From: an uncultured Armatimonadia bacterium
GTDB lineage: Bacteria > Armatimonadota > Zipacnadia > CAVVLO01
Direction of reading: 5' to 3'
NCBI GenBank assembly: GCA_963749155.1
Contig: CAVVLO010000002.1
Span: 1,312,001 to 1,376,000, forward strand
DNA: 64,000 bases
Positions 22,271 through 33,059 of the stretch are shown one piece after another (position 1 is the stretch's first letter; each line of letters opens with the position of its first letter). The notes under the pieces were generated by a model, which ran no database searches, had not been told where the DNA came from, and saw only the letters and a program-made list of their open reading frames with translations. Position numbers and translations under genes: made by a program.

Positions 22271-23913
22271 TGAGATTGCTAGTGCTTGCTTGCTTCTTGT
22301 TTGCCGCCTCACTTGCCTGGGGGCAGACGAATCTGGTCGAGGTTTCGCTGGACGGTGACGGGAACGTGGTGCCCGAGACCTTCTGGGGCACCGGCTATGA
22401 CGGGTGGCACGACATCCTGAGCGACAGCTCGGTGGAATTGTTGCAGGAGGTTGGCATCCATTTCTGCCGCATCAGCGCCAACCTGGAAGAGCTTGCCGGC
22501 GAGGCGCCGGGCGACCTCAGGCTCGATTACACCACCCCCAACGATGTCGGGGTCGGCTTTGCTGATCGCCTCGCGCGCATCCAGGCCAACGGCTGGCAGC
22601 CCTTGGTGGCGCTTTCCATCCCCTGGAAAGTGCCAAAGTGGTTCTACACCGGCGCTGAAGAGGGCAAGCCTTTCTGGCAATTCAACCTGGATGGCTCTGA
22701 AGTTGCCCAGGGAGCTGAAAGTGACCAGTTGCTCGCGCTGGAGCGGTTTGCAGAGCAGCTTGCCCAGGGATTGAAGGAGCGAGGCTTCTCGGGACTGACC
22801 TGGGAGACCATCTACGAGATCGGTCACGAGGCCCCGATGCCTGCCCTGCACTACCATATCGGGCGCGGCATCAGGGCTGCTGACCCTACCGCGAAGCTGA
22901 TGGGCCCCGCCACCTGGCCCGGCTGGACGGTGGAAGAACGCTTCGTGAAGCCGTACCTGGCGAAATATGGCCCCGACCTGCTTGATTACGTCAGCGTGCA
23001 CTGGTACGCGACAAATGAACATGGCCTCTGGGCGCGCGACTTCACCCCTGGCGAGACCATCTTGACGATGGCCGACCGCGACTGGCTCGAGTGCGTGATG
23101 GAGACTGCTCCCAAATTCCCTGTCTGGTGTGATAGCCTGCGCAAGCTGCTGGACGATCCAACGTTAAACCCGACCGGCAGGCGTATAGGCATCGTCTATT
23201 CGGAGTATGACGCCAACGCGCATTCAGCCTACCTGCGAGGGCCTGACAATGTGGACTGGCCCGCCTACCGCGCTGACGCCGATCCGTATATCAACACCAA
23301 CTACTTCGGCGGGGTGTGGAATGCCGCGGTTGTACTGGGCCTTGCCTTCTCGGGGCAGTGCGAGGCCGCGCTCAAGTTTACCACCCGCAACTACTACGGC
23401 ATCGTGGAGAACAAGGACGACTCGACCTATTTCCCGACGCCACTGTGGTTCGCCTGGCGGTTGCTGCAACAGGAAGGGGGGCTGGTGCCGGGCGCGCGGG
23501 TGGTTGCAGGGCAGGTGGATGGCCCACTGGACAAGGCAGCCGAGCGCGTTGAGGGCATCAATTCTCCCTGGGTCCAAGTTTGGGGCATCACGGGAGAAGC
23601 TGGCCAGCGGCTCGTGGTGTTGAATCGTTCTCTGGACTCCCAGCCGGTTACTGTAAGACTGACAGGCCTTTCAGAAGGCCAGTGGAAAGTGACGCGGTTC
23701 GTCTATGACCAGGCGCGCACGGCTCCCTTCATCGGCCGCAAGCCAGGCACAACGAACGATGGGCAGTTTCTGTGGCAGGGAGAGGGCGACTCGGGCAAGT
23801 GTCTTGAGCCAGTGGAGGAAAGGAGCTGCGCGGCAACCAGCGGAAGCGTTGAGCTGGAGCTTGCACTTGGGCCTGTCAGCTTTCAGGTGTTGAAGCTGGA
23901 GCCAGGTATCTAG
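22270..23913 (+). CDS. Secreted GH39-like glycoside hydrolase
   Basis: Own signal peptide MRLLVLACFLFAASLAWG; DPTAKLMGP, DYVSVHWY, IVYSEY, C-terminal beta-sandwich. Confidence 0.6.
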   Translation: MRLLVLACFLFAASLAWGQTNLVEVSLDGDGNVVPETFWGTGYDGWHDILSDSSVELLQEVGIHFCRISANLEELAGEAPGDLRLDYTTPNDVGVGFADRLARIQANGWQPLVALSIPWKVPKWFYTGAEEGKPFWQFNLDGSEVAQGAESDQLLALERFAEQLAQGLKERGFSGLTWETIYEIGHEAPMPALHYHIGRGIRAADPTAKLMGPATWPGWTVEERFVKPYLAKYGPDLLDYVSVHWYATNEHGLWARDFTPGETILTMADRDWLECVMETAPKFPVWCDSLRKLLDDPTLNPTGRRIGIVYSEYDANAHSAYLRGPDNVDWPAYRADADPYINTNYFGGVWNAAVVLGLAFSGQCEAALKFTTRNYYGIVENKDDSTYFPTPLWFAWRLLQQEGGLVPGARVVAGQVDGPLDKAAERVEGINSPWVQVWGITGEAGQRLVVLNRSLDSQPVTVRLTGLSEGQWKVTRFVYDQARTAPFIGRKPGTTNDGQFLWQGEGDSGKCLEPVEERSCAATSGSVELELALGPVSFQVLKLEPGI

Positions 23914-24265
23914 CCACCAGCGCGAGGCCCAGGCCTGTTCCAAATAAATCGAAGAGCCAGTCGAGATAATCGGCCGTGCGGCCAACTGGCCAGTTGTACT
24001 GGGCATATTCAATAGCTGCGCCATAAATTGCGGCAAATCCCATCACGACCAACACTCGGGTCGCGCCCGCGACTCGTTTGCCAAGCGCTTGAGCAAGACC
24101 CCAGGCCAGCACAAAGAAAGCCCCTGTGTGCAAAAGCTTGTCATCCCAGGTGAAGTGGAGGGGAGGCGGCTCGCGCGAAGGAAGCAGGGCAATCCAGAAT
24201 ATCAGGGTTGCCCAACCTGAAGTAAAAAGCCACCAGCGCCAGTTGACCGAGAGCCTGGAAGCCAT
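23876..24265 (-). CDS. VanZ family membrane protein
   Basis: DKLLHTGAFFVL, IEYAQ..PVGRTADYLDWLFD. Confidence 0.85.
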   Translation of the reverse strand: MASRLSVNWRWWLFTSGWATLIFWIALLPSREPPPLHFTWDDKLLHTGAFFVLAWGLAQALGKRVAGATRVLVVMGFAAIYGAAIEYAQYNWPVGRTADYLDWLFDLFGTGLGLALVARYLAPASTPES

Positions 24266-24670
24266 CTAGAAAGGCGAATTCAACATCGGGTTGCCCTGGA
24301 AGTTAATCATCAGATAGAGCAAAACACCGGCCTCGAGCAGCGCGAGCAGTATTGCGATAACGGTGACGCGATTTACAAAATAATCGAGGTCTCTGAGCGC
24401 TCGGCCTGACAGGATCGAGGCGTAAGGCATAAGCATTGATTTGTTGTTCCAGGCCATTGCGAGGAAGACCATCGCTATCACTGTTGCGCCCAGGGCGCTC
24501 ATACTACTACTGGTGAAACACATAAGCAGGGCAAGCAAGAGGATGAGTATACAAGCAGAGGCAAGCACCCGCACAGACCGGGCCTGTGCTTTAGCTTCAG
24601 CAAGCAGGCGCTTCTCGCGTCTCTGCAGTTCGTTCGGATCCCATTCGTTAGTGGGCCGATAAGTCCTCAA
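24266..24670 (-). CDS. Hypothetical membrane protein
   Basis: 134-aa ORF with three hydrophobic segments, abutting the VanZ gene. Confidence 0.55.
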   Translation of the reverse strand: MRTYRPTNEWDPNELQRREKRLLAEAKAQARSVRVLASACILILLLALLMCFTSSSMSALGATVIAMVFLAMAWNNKSMLMPYASILSGRALRDLDYFVNRVTVIAILLALLEAGVLLYLMINFQGNPMLNSPF

Positions 24671-24727
24671 AAACGCCCCACCAAAAGCTCAGAATTGCCA
24701 GTCACCTAATTAGTATACCAGAAGCAA

Positions 24728-24757
24728 GCCGCCGACCCACTAGGGTGAGTCGGCGAC
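24728..24757 (-). terminator. Probable terminator downstream of the DUF5320 gene
   Basis: GCCGACCCAC-TAGG-GTGAGTCGGC hairpin followed on the minus strand by CTTGCTTCT. Confidence 0.5.
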
Positions 24758-24783
24758 AGTTTGGTAAAGACTGGTCAGGTTAA

Positions 24784-25158
24784 CTAGCCTTTTTCTGGTT
24801 GGTCAGTTTCAGGTTGGCTGGCGAGTTGCTCCAGCCTGCCTGCGAGCTGCTCAACAGCCGCTTGCAGCCCTGCGAGCTGAGCCCTGAGCGCATCGGCTTC
24901 AGCAACCGATACTTCTTCACCAGCGACCGCGGCCCCGGCCAAAGGGCCAGATACCGCGAAAGGGCCGACCCGGCCACCTCCGCCTCTGCGCCAGGCCATC
25001 CCGCGACCGCCTCCGCCTCCGCGACCCCAGGCCATACCTCGGCCAAGGCCAGCGGCGGGATTAGCGAATCCTGGTACCGAATAGCCAGCACAATAGCCTG
25101 CTGCTCTGCCAGTCATTGGGCCCTCACCAAGAGGACCAGTTCCATCTCCACGTGGCAT
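24784..25158 (-). CDS. DUF5320 family Gly/Arg-rich protein
   Basis: MPRGDGTGPLGEGPMTGRAAGYCAG signature and C-terminal coiled coil. Confidence 0.85.
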   Translation of the reverse strand: MPRGDGTGPLGEGPMTGRAAGYCAGYSVPGFANPAAGLGRGMAWGRGGGGGRGMAWRRGGGGRVGPFAVSGPLAGAAVAGEEVSVAEADALRAQLAGLQAAVEQLAGRLEQLASQPETDQPEKG

Positions 25159-25314
25159 AAGTTGCCACCTCCTGCATAATGCATGTGCTTCACCTTATAG
25201 GTGTAAGCTACATCTATATACTACCACACGCAGCGGAGATGTCAACCCCCTGCAGGAGAAACATCCAGGAAGTTGTATTGACGATGACCGGGTTTACCCG
25301 GCTGGAGGGAACTA

Positions 25315-27065
25315 ATGAGACTGCTTGCTACGCTAACTTTAGTGGCCTGGCTTGCCTCGGCGACCTGCCTGGGCTCCTGCGCCGCAACGGAGGAACTACC
25401 TGATATGGAAAGGCCCGTACTTTACACTTTCACACTGCTTGCGAACGGCACGCCCGAGGCCTGGGATGAAGCGATGGCCGCCGCCTGCCTGCAAGGCCTC
25501 ATCAACCGCGCTGGCCCCTCGGTTTATGTATTGACTCCGGCTGACAGCATCCGGCCTTGTGGCTGGACGTCTTCACCAAAGACGGCCGCTGGCTCGAGGG
25601 CAGGCCTCAGCAGGCACTAGAATCACTCACCGCCCTGCGCGAGCTGGCAGGTGAAAAAGTAAAGGGCGCCGTCATCTGGGATCCCGAAGTGCCAGCCACA
25701 GTCAACGTCGCCAACACCATCGCTGGCGTCGAAGATGGGGTCGTGCTGAGTCCCGAGTTCGCTGACAGATATCTGGCCGCCTGGAAGCTGCCCGTGCTGC
25801 GGGACCTGCGAGGGATGTTCGGCCCTGGCCGGTCGGGCAGCGCGAAAAATGAAGCTTATCGCTGGGCCATCCGCAGGTATCTGGCCGAAGGCAAATGTTC
25901 GCCTCACTGGCTTTGCCTGTATGAGGATTCCTACTCCACGCGCGCAACCGGCAATATTGGTTATGTGATTACACGCGACTGGGCTGTCTACAACAAGGCC
26001 TTTGTCTACGACCTTTCTCCCTGGGGAGACGAGGCGCCAAAAGACGATCCAGGCCAGCCTGTAGGTACCGACCTGGAGACCTACCATTTGATGCTTGCCG
26101 CCAATCTCGAGCAGACGAAGGGCGAGCAGATGACCGAAGTGGCGGGTTTCTTTGCCTTCAACAAATACAGCAATATGCCTGGCTACCCCAGCAGTCACGA
26201 GCCCGTCCCCACCGAGTGGGAGACCGTCTATGTTATCTCGCCTTACAACTGCTATCAGAATACCGTCGCCAGCGACTGCTACAACCAGTCGTTGCATAGC
26301 CAGGCGCCCTTAAAGCCGCTGAAGCAGAGTCGCCCGGCCAAACTGGAACAGCAGGACAAGGATTATCTGTGCATCCTGATGGCGGATATGGACTCCGCGA
26401 CCCCGCTTTATGCCTTTATGCCGCATCACTGGGCTGATGAGGGGCGCGGCAAGCTGCCACTCGACTGGGGAGTAAACCCCAACCTCATCGAGACCTATCC
26501 CGATGTCATCTCATATTTCTACGAGACAGCCACTCCCAACGACCATTTCACCGCTGATGCCAGCGCGGCGGGGTATATGAATCCTAACCGCGTGAAGCCC
26601 GAATATATGGATCTCTTTGTCCGCCACAACAAATATTTCTACGATCTGACAGATATGACAATGTCGCCGATGGTGCTTGACTGGGACGAACCTACTGCGG
26701 CTGTGAAGGACGCCTTCACGAAGTTCTCCAAGGAAGGCTTTGCGACAATCGTGATGGATATGCACGGCACCGGCGGCAAGCATCCCGAGCGTCACGTGTG
26801 GAAGGGTATGCCCGTGATGGAACTGCTCAACCACGCCTGCAACTTTGGTGGCGTCCAGCAGACCGCAGTGTGGATTTCCAATGGTATCCCGCCTCGCACC
26901 AGCGCCGAGGGGGCTTCTTTCCACTTCTTCCGCATTGTGTGGACCGACCCCAGCAAGATAGTTGATACAATTGAGGAGCTTAAGCGCATCCGGCCCGATC
27001 TCAAAGTCCAGGTACTGGACCCTTACAACTTCTTCAACCTGGTAAAGGAGAACTATGAAGACTAG
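25315..27065 (+). CDS. GxGYxYP-family putative glycoside hydrolase; frameshift near 25555
   Basis: AAACLQGLINR, GAVIWDP, NTIAGVE, RGKLPLDWGVNP, SAAGYMNP. Confidence 0.7.
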
Positions 27066-28927
27066 AACTCGCCTTGCTGCTGCTGGCTTTTGCCGGCGCA
27101 GCCTGGTGCAACCTGACAGTCACAAGCCCAGGCCCTGGTGAGGAGCTGCGTTATCCCGTGGCGCTGATCCAGGGCACGGCGACTGGCGACAGGATCACTG
27201 TCAGCAATCCCGACTGCACTGCCCCTGATGCCAGCAATTCGGCGCCGGTTGTGGACGGCCGCTTCAAGCTGCTGGCCCGACTTGCGCCAGGCGAAAACGA
27301 CCTGACGCTGGCCTCGGGTGATGCTACAGCCGGGTTGAAGCTTTTCTACAAGCCGCTGACCGACCCGTATCAGGTTGCAATTGTCTACCTGACTGGCCGC
27401 GAGGGCCAGACACGCTATCCCAGCCCCTGGCCCGACGCCCCGCAGGACTATATCGGCCGGCTGCGCACCGCAGCCGAGTTGATGCAGACCTTCACCGGAG
27501 AGTCTATGAACGCCCAGGGCTTCGGGCGTCTGACCTTCAACCTGGAAAGAGACGCCCAGGGGCAAGTGGTAGTCCATACCATCCGGTTGCCCGAGACCGC
27601 CGCCGAGCTCCGCGCGCGGGACCCGGGCGAGCAATGGGGCCGCAGCAACGAATTTCTGATGAAGCAGTTCGATATGGACCAGGTGAAGGTGCTGGCCATC
27701 AACGGCTTCGTCGCTTACGATGCCGAAAAGAAGCAGATGATGGGCCACACGGCCCTTGGCGGGGGTTCACTTGGGGTCTTCTCGGCAAACAGTCTCTACG
27801 CCTGGCCAGTCAGCCTGCAGGATGTGAACCGCGCCTTCGCTGACAGCACGCCCCCCGATACCAGCTATGTCGCCGATGATACCGCCTGGCGCCACACCAA
27901 CTGGGCGATGGCGGCAACCGGCATCGGGGCCTGGATCCACGAAGGCGGGCACGCGCTTGGCCTGCCACATACCGAAGACGTGCGGGGGATAATGAACCGC
28001 GGCGGTGACCGCTTCAACCGGACTTTCGTGATGGTGGAGGCGCCCTCCGCCCAGCACACAGAGCCTTATCCCTTCCGCGAGGATGAGACTGGCTACTGGA
28101 GCCCAGCCTTCGCCGCCAGACTTGCGCTGAGCCCGTGGTTCCAGCCCGATGGCCGGGCCAAGTCCGGCTTGCCGGGACCAGAGGTTTCCTTCAGCCTGAC
28201 CACCGGCGACTTTACAGTCAAGGCGCCTGCCGGGCTTGCGCTGGTCCAGGCCTATCCAATACTGGAAGGTCCCTTTACAACTGCGGAACTGCCAGACTCA
28301 GCCCCGACAGAGCTAACTCTCTCGCAAGCTTCGCTGCAGGCGGAGCTGAAAACTGACAAACAACTGACCTTGTTGGTCTACGACAAGGAAGGTAGAGCTA
28401 CTGCTTTCGATGCCGCGACAGTGCGCGATCCGGCGCTCTTCCTCACCGAGTGGCAGTTCGCACCCGAAGCTCTGGACTGGGCCGGGATGCCCGATCCGCC
28501 GCAGGTCGACCTGGAGGCAATAACAGCGACTCTGCGCGCCCAACCCCTGCGCCAGTCGCTGCCCGGACAGGGCGCTGGTCAGTACTCGGCTGACCTCAAT
28601 GCCCTCTACGGGTGGAAAGGCAACGCCGTAACTTATGCGCTGAGAGTGTTCCAAAGCGACTCCGACCGTCAGATAAAGGTACTGGCCGGCGGAGACGATG
28701 GGGTGCGCATCTGGCTGAATGGCCAATTGGTCGCCGCCGACACCGGCGTTCACGTGGTGAAGGTGGATGGCGCAACAGGAGAGGCCCGAGTGAAGGCCGG
28801 CGAGAACCTCTTGCTGGTCGAATCCGAGCAGGGCCCGGGCGACTGGACCTTCTCCGTGCGCCTGACCGACGAGGCTGGTAGTCCTCTGATTGTGAAGGCC
28901 GAGGGCAAGCTCGCGCCCAAAGAATAA
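27055..28927 (+). CDS. Secreted zincin metallopeptidase with C-terminal PA14-like domain (start may be frameshifted; ORF track start 27074)
   Basis: HEGGHALGLPH (HExxHxxGxxH) plus GIM Met-turn; GHTALGGG; DDGVRIWLNG. Confidence 0.8.
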
Positions 28928-28942
28928 TCCAGTTAACAAGGT

Positions 28943-28984
28943 AAAAAGAGAAAGCTCCCGGCACCTGCCGGGAGCTTTCTTTTT
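28943..28984. terminator. Bidirectional intrinsic terminator
   Basis: AAAAAGAGAAAGCTCCCGGCA-CC-TGCCGGGAGCTTTCTTTTT between convergent genes. Confidence 0.9.
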
Positions 28985-29006
28985 ACTCGCTTCGCGCCGG
29001 TTTCTA

Positions 29007-30383
29007 TTAAGGTCGTATGGCCCGGGTCATCACCAGGGGGATCTCGGTGTTATCAAGATAAGCGCCCCGAACTGGATCTTGCTGGTCGGCGACTAGTTTT
29101 AGCAGCTCAGCACCAGCGCCCTTCGCGAAGACTGGCACCAGCGAGTTGGTATGTCCCCCACTGTACCATTGGACGTCAGGCACCTGGCCCTTGCCCTTGT
29201 TTATGACAGGTTCAAGGCCCTTTTTGGAATCCGGCTTGCCAAGTCCGCCGCACTCATGATCGGCAGTGATGATAATAAGGTTCTCCTCCCAGCCGCCGTT
29301 CGCCTCAACCCACTGGCAAGCGGCCTGGATAGCCTCGTTGAAGCTTAACGTCTCCTCTATCATCCGGCCGGTCTGGTTGCTATGGTTGGCCCAGTCAATC
29401 GCGCCACCTTCGACCATCAGGACAAAGCCATCGGGGTCTTCATCCAGCACGTTGATGGCGGCAAGGGTCAGGTCTTTCAGCGTTGGTACATCAGCGGTCA
29501 GGGGCACGATGAAAGGCAAGGCGTTGGCATCGCCACTCCGGCCCTGCTGGGTGGTTGAACCCACCTGCACCAGGCCGAAAACGCGTTCTGGCGCCGGTCC
29601 AGAACCAAGCGCCTTGAAGGAAGCGGTCTCCTCGAGGAAGGTCCAGGGATCAGGGGAGCCATCTCCGTTGGCATCCGCGCCAGCCGCATTGGCCATTACC
29701 TTGCCCCAGGTGGCCTCCGAGATATATGAGAACTTCGCGGTGTCGAGTCTCTTGTGGTCATTGTCATACCAGGGATGCCCAGCCGCGATGATGACGTCCG
29801 CCGCGCTGTTGCACAGCATATCCTCGGCTATACCGTGATAGTCATCGCGCTTGGGTTGATGGGCTACAAAACCGGCAGGCGTCGCGTGGCTGAAAGGCAC
29901 CGTGCTGACGACGCCGGTCGCTTTGCCCCACCGCTCGGCGCGCTCCAGGGTGTTAGTCCTGGGTTTCTCCCAGAAATCTACACCGATGGCCGCGTTGTAA
30001 GTCTTGATGCCGGTAGCGAGCGCTGTAGCTGCGGCAGCCGAGTCGGTTGCGCCCAGCTTTATGTACTCGGTGCCATCCCAGGCGTTTTCCGGGTCATAGC
30101 CAATACTGCGCGCTGGATAGGTACTGGCTGCAAGCTGGACTGGAAACTTCTGGAACACCAACGAATCCTCTGTGCCTTCTGCCCAATAACTTGTTGCCTC
30201 GGTATGGTTGAAGCCCATCCCGTCGCCAATGAACAAGATGATATTTTTCGCCCTGCTTTCAGGGGCTGGCAAAGTGAGAGAAGCGCCAGCGCCAAGCACC
30301 GGGCGCTCCAGCACCGGCAGGAAAGCCAGCATCAGGGCCAGGGCCAGCAACAGAGTGCCCCAAAGCGCACCAGAACGTGTCAT
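29007..30383 (-). CDS. phoA: Alkaline phosphatase (PhoA family)
   Basis: NIILFIGDGMG, TDSAAAATA, HATPA, MVEGGAIDWANH, TADHECGG. Confidence 0.93.
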   Translation of the reverse strand: MTRSGALWGTLLLALALMLAFLPVLERPVLGAGASLTLPAPESRAKNIILFIGDGMGFNHTEATSYWAEGTEDSLVFQKFPVQLAASTYPARSIGYDPENAWDGTEYIKLGATDSAAAATALATGIKTYNAAIGVDFWEKPRTNTLERAERWGKATGVVSTVPFSHATPAGFVAHQPKRDDYHGIAEDMLCNSAADVIIAAGHPWYDNDHKRLDTAKFSYISEATWGKVMANAAGADANGDGSPDPWTFLEETASFKALGSGPAPERVFGLVQVGSTTQQGRSGDANALPFIVPLTADVPTLKDLTLAAINVLDEDPDGFVLMVEGGAIDWANHSNQTGRMIEETLSFNEAIQAACQWVEANGGWEENLIIITADHECGGLGKPDSKKGLEPVINKGKGQVPDVQWYSGGHTNSLVPVFAKGAGAELLKLVADQQDPVRGAYLDNTEIPLVMTRAIRP

Positions 30384-30397
30384 GGTAACCTCCATTT

Positions 30398-31393
30398 TCA
30401 GTCGGGAAATCTAAAATCTTTTATCAGGCTAAGTTCTTCGGGATTCCAGAGGTTCCCCTTGGCATCGAAAATATCGTGCTGCCAAACATCAGGTGGAGGA
30501 TCTCCTGCTTTGGATTGCCAGTCCAGATTGGTCTGAGCGCGCCCTGCCACCAGGCCCCACTGATACCAGCCGATCCGGTTTCGGGCGCAAACAGGAAGCA
30601 CCGCCTCAAAGGTAGAACCACTCTGGCGATGGAGCAGCTCCGTGCAAAGAAGCGGTCTGGCGTGCCGGGACAGCTCCTTCACGGTTTGCTCGAAAGCCTC
30701 CGCGGGCAAGTAGCAGTGGAAGGACACGACGTCTGAAAGCTCCACCAGGCGTTGGCTCATCGGCCCCTCGTAATCCCACCAGGGGCCAACGGTCAGTGGT
30801 TGCATTGGAGATGCCTCGCGCGCCCAGTCAAAGGCCGCCTCGACCAGTGGCAGGCTTGCTTCACCCTGGTTATTGTTGCCGGGCTCGTTGTAGAGATCCC
30901 AGGCTAGCACTTCAGAGCGCTCTCCAAAGGCCCCGATAAAGGCTTTCACGTATTGCTCGAGCTTGGCCCAGGCCCCCATATCCTTGACGCGCGACGCACC
31001 GGGACTGGGTGTCCAGCGGCTGTTGTGCACGCCGGGCACAGGCTCCTCCTGCGGACCCAAAAAGGGCTCCCTCCCAGCAAAGGCGCAGTCATCGAAGAGC
31101 ACCGGCATCACAGTAAGCCCTTGCCGGCTTGCGACCTGAAGCACCTGATCGAATCGCTCGAGCAGGCCCCAGGGGTCGGCTTCCCAGACCAGATACTGGA
31201 TAAACAGGCGCAGCGAGTTATAGCCTGCTTCTCCCGCCCAACCGAGCTCTTCTGCGCTAGTAGCCAGGTCGAAGGTCTCAGCCTGCCAGAGCTCGGTCGT
31301 ATTGACTGCTGTGCGTGGTATGTAGTTGAAACCCTTTATCGGTGGCCTTGCGCGATACCACTCCCAGGCTTGTTCTGCGCTCCAGCGCTCCAT
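30398..31393 (-). CDS. GH5-family glycoside hydrolase
   Basis: RWSAEQAWEWY..GFNYIP, WDLYNEP, SFHCY, LLCTE. Confidence 0.85.
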   Translation of the reverse strand: MERWSAEQAWEWYRARPPIKGFNYIPRTAVNTTELWQAETFDLATSAEELGWAGEAGYNSLRLFIQYLVWEADPWGLLERFDQVLQVASRQGLTVMPVLFDDCAFAGREPFLGPQEEPVPGVHNSRWTPSPGASRVKDMGAWAKLEQYVKAFIGAFGERSEVLAWDLYNEPGNNNQGEASLPLVEAAFDWAREASPMQPLTVGPWWDYEGPMSQRLVELSDVVSFHCYLPAEAFEQTVKELSRHARPLLCTELLHRQSGSTFEAVLPVCARNRIGWYQWGLVAGRAQTNLDWQSKAGDPPPDVWQHDIFDAKGNLWNPEELSLIKDFRFPD

Positions 31394-31511
31394 TTAGACC
31401 CTCCAGGGCATGTCCATCTCACTTCAGTATAGCAGTGACTTAGATATAAACGGCAGGGGGCTTCGAGCTTTTGGAGAAGTCCTCCCCAGCCTGCTGTCCG
31501 AGGGATTAACT

Positions 31512-33059
31512 ATGGCAAAGAAGGACTTGGAAAGAGGTCTGGTAACCCGGGGCGACCTGCTCAAGGGGGCTGCGGCGCTTGGGCTGACCGCCTTGCTGGG
31601 TGGCAGCGCTCTGGAGGAGGCACTTGCAATGCAACAACCAGTCATACCGCGTAAACGTCCCAACCTGCTCTTTGTCTTCAGTGACCAGCAGTCCTGGGAT
31701 ATGCTCGGTTGCGCGGGAAATGAACAGATTCAAACTCCCAATCTGGACAGGTTCGCTTCTCAGGGAGTGCATTTCAATCACTGTGTGTCAGCTTCTTGCG
31801 TGTGTACTCCTTTCCGTGGGATGCTCTTTTCGGGCCAGCATTGCCTCAATAACGGGGCCTGGTTCAATGATATCGAGATGCTTCCCAGCCAGCATGGAGA
31901 GTACCTGGCCGAGGTTATACGAGATGCTGGCTACAAGATGGGCTATGTGGGCAAATGGCATCTGCTGGGCGGCGACCGGTATCGGCCTATCCCCGCCGGA
32001 CCACTTAGATATGGTTTCGATGGGTTATTCCTTTCCAATAACTGCACGGTGGACTTCAGGCCGGGTTATGCTTATTACTGGAATGAGGCGGGCGAGAAGG
32101 TTCTTTTCGACGAGTGGGAGGTCTATGGCCAGACCCGCCAGGCGCTCAATTTTCTTGATGAGTGCGATGGAGAGGAGCCCTTCTGCCTGTTCGTCTCCTG
32201 GCACCCGCCGCATGACAATGTGGAAGGCTACGGCGCCCCGCAGGAGTTGCTGGACCTGTACGACCCGGCGACTCTCAAGCTGCGGCCCAACGCCGAGGAC
32301 ACGCCCAAGCGTCGCTCCAACTATCAAGGTCATATGGCGATGTGCACAGGGGTGGATCAGGCCTTTGGCTGGCTGATGGACAAGCTGGAGGAGAAAGGCC
32401 TGGCTGATAATACTGTGGTCATTTTTACCTCTGACCACGGCGACACTTTGGGTTCTTGCGGCAGGCCCTGGCCAAAAGGCTTTCCCGAGGACGAATCTGT
32501 CCGTGTGCCCTTGATAGCCCGGTGGCCTGGCCATCTGCAAGCAGACCGCAAGAGCGAGCTGCTGGTCGGGACCCTGGACTTGATGCCGACTCTGCTTGGA
32601 CTTATGGACTTGCCAATTCCTGCGACCTGCCAGGGTACAGATTTGTCCGGGGCCATCCTGGGGGGGCATGACGATGCCGTAAATTCGGTGCCTCTGTTTA
32701 TGCCCTATATGATGCAGGGATGGCGAGGCGTCTACACGCACCGGTTTACTTATACCTTCGATGAGGGAATCGATCAGCCGATCCGGTTTGCCACCTTGTT
32801 TGACAGGAAACAGGATCCCCATCAACAGCATAATCTCTTCGGCGATGTGGAGCACGCTTCACTGCAGGCCAGGCTCCACACGGAGAGCCTCAAGTGGATG
32901 GAGCGCTTCGAGGATCGTTTCGTGCCAGGGGCAGAGCTCATCAACGCTTGCTTCGGAGAGGCGGGACTCCCAAAGGCAGGCCCTCCCCATCGCGGCACTC
33001 TGCCAGGCCGGCCTCTAGATTTGATTCGCAATCTGCCAGGGTTGGTGGACTTCGGCTAA
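31512..33059 (+). CDS. Formylglycine-dependent sulfatase with Tat-like signal
   Basis: RPNLLFVFSDQ, CTPFR (CxPxR), YVGKWHL, FTSDHG; N-terminal TRGDLLKGAAALG. Confidence 0.92.
   Translation: MAKKDLERGLVTRGDLLKGAAALGLTALLGGSALEEALAMQQPVIPRKRPNLLFVFSDQQSWDMLGCAGNEQIQTPNLDRFASQGVHFNHCVSASCVCTPFRGMLFSGQHCLNNGAWFNDIEMLPSQHGEYLAEVIRDAGYKMGYVGKWHLLGGDRYRPIPAGPLRYGFDGLFLSNNCTVDFRPGYAYYWNEAGEKVLFDEWEVYGQTRQALNFLDECDGEEPFCLFVSWHPPHDNVEGYGAPQELLDLYDPATLKLRPNAEDTPKRRSNYQGHMAMCTGVDQAFGWLMDKLEEKGLADNTVVIFTSDHGDTLGSCGRPWPKGFPEDESVRVPLIARWPGHLQADRKSELLVGTLDLMPTLLGLMDLPIPATCQGTDLSGAILGGHDDAVNSVPLFMPYMMQGWRGVYTHRFTYTFDEGIDQPIRFATLFDRKQDPHQQHNLFGDVEHASLQARLHTESLKWMERFEDRFVPGAELINACFGEAGLPKAGPPHRGTLPGRPLDLIRNLPGLVDFG

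Noticed and set aside
20566..23913. Single 1115-aa two-catalytic-domain fusion protein
   Set aside because: An internal signal peptide at 22270, a TGATG junction and a low-quality linker indicate two genes joined by a frameshift.
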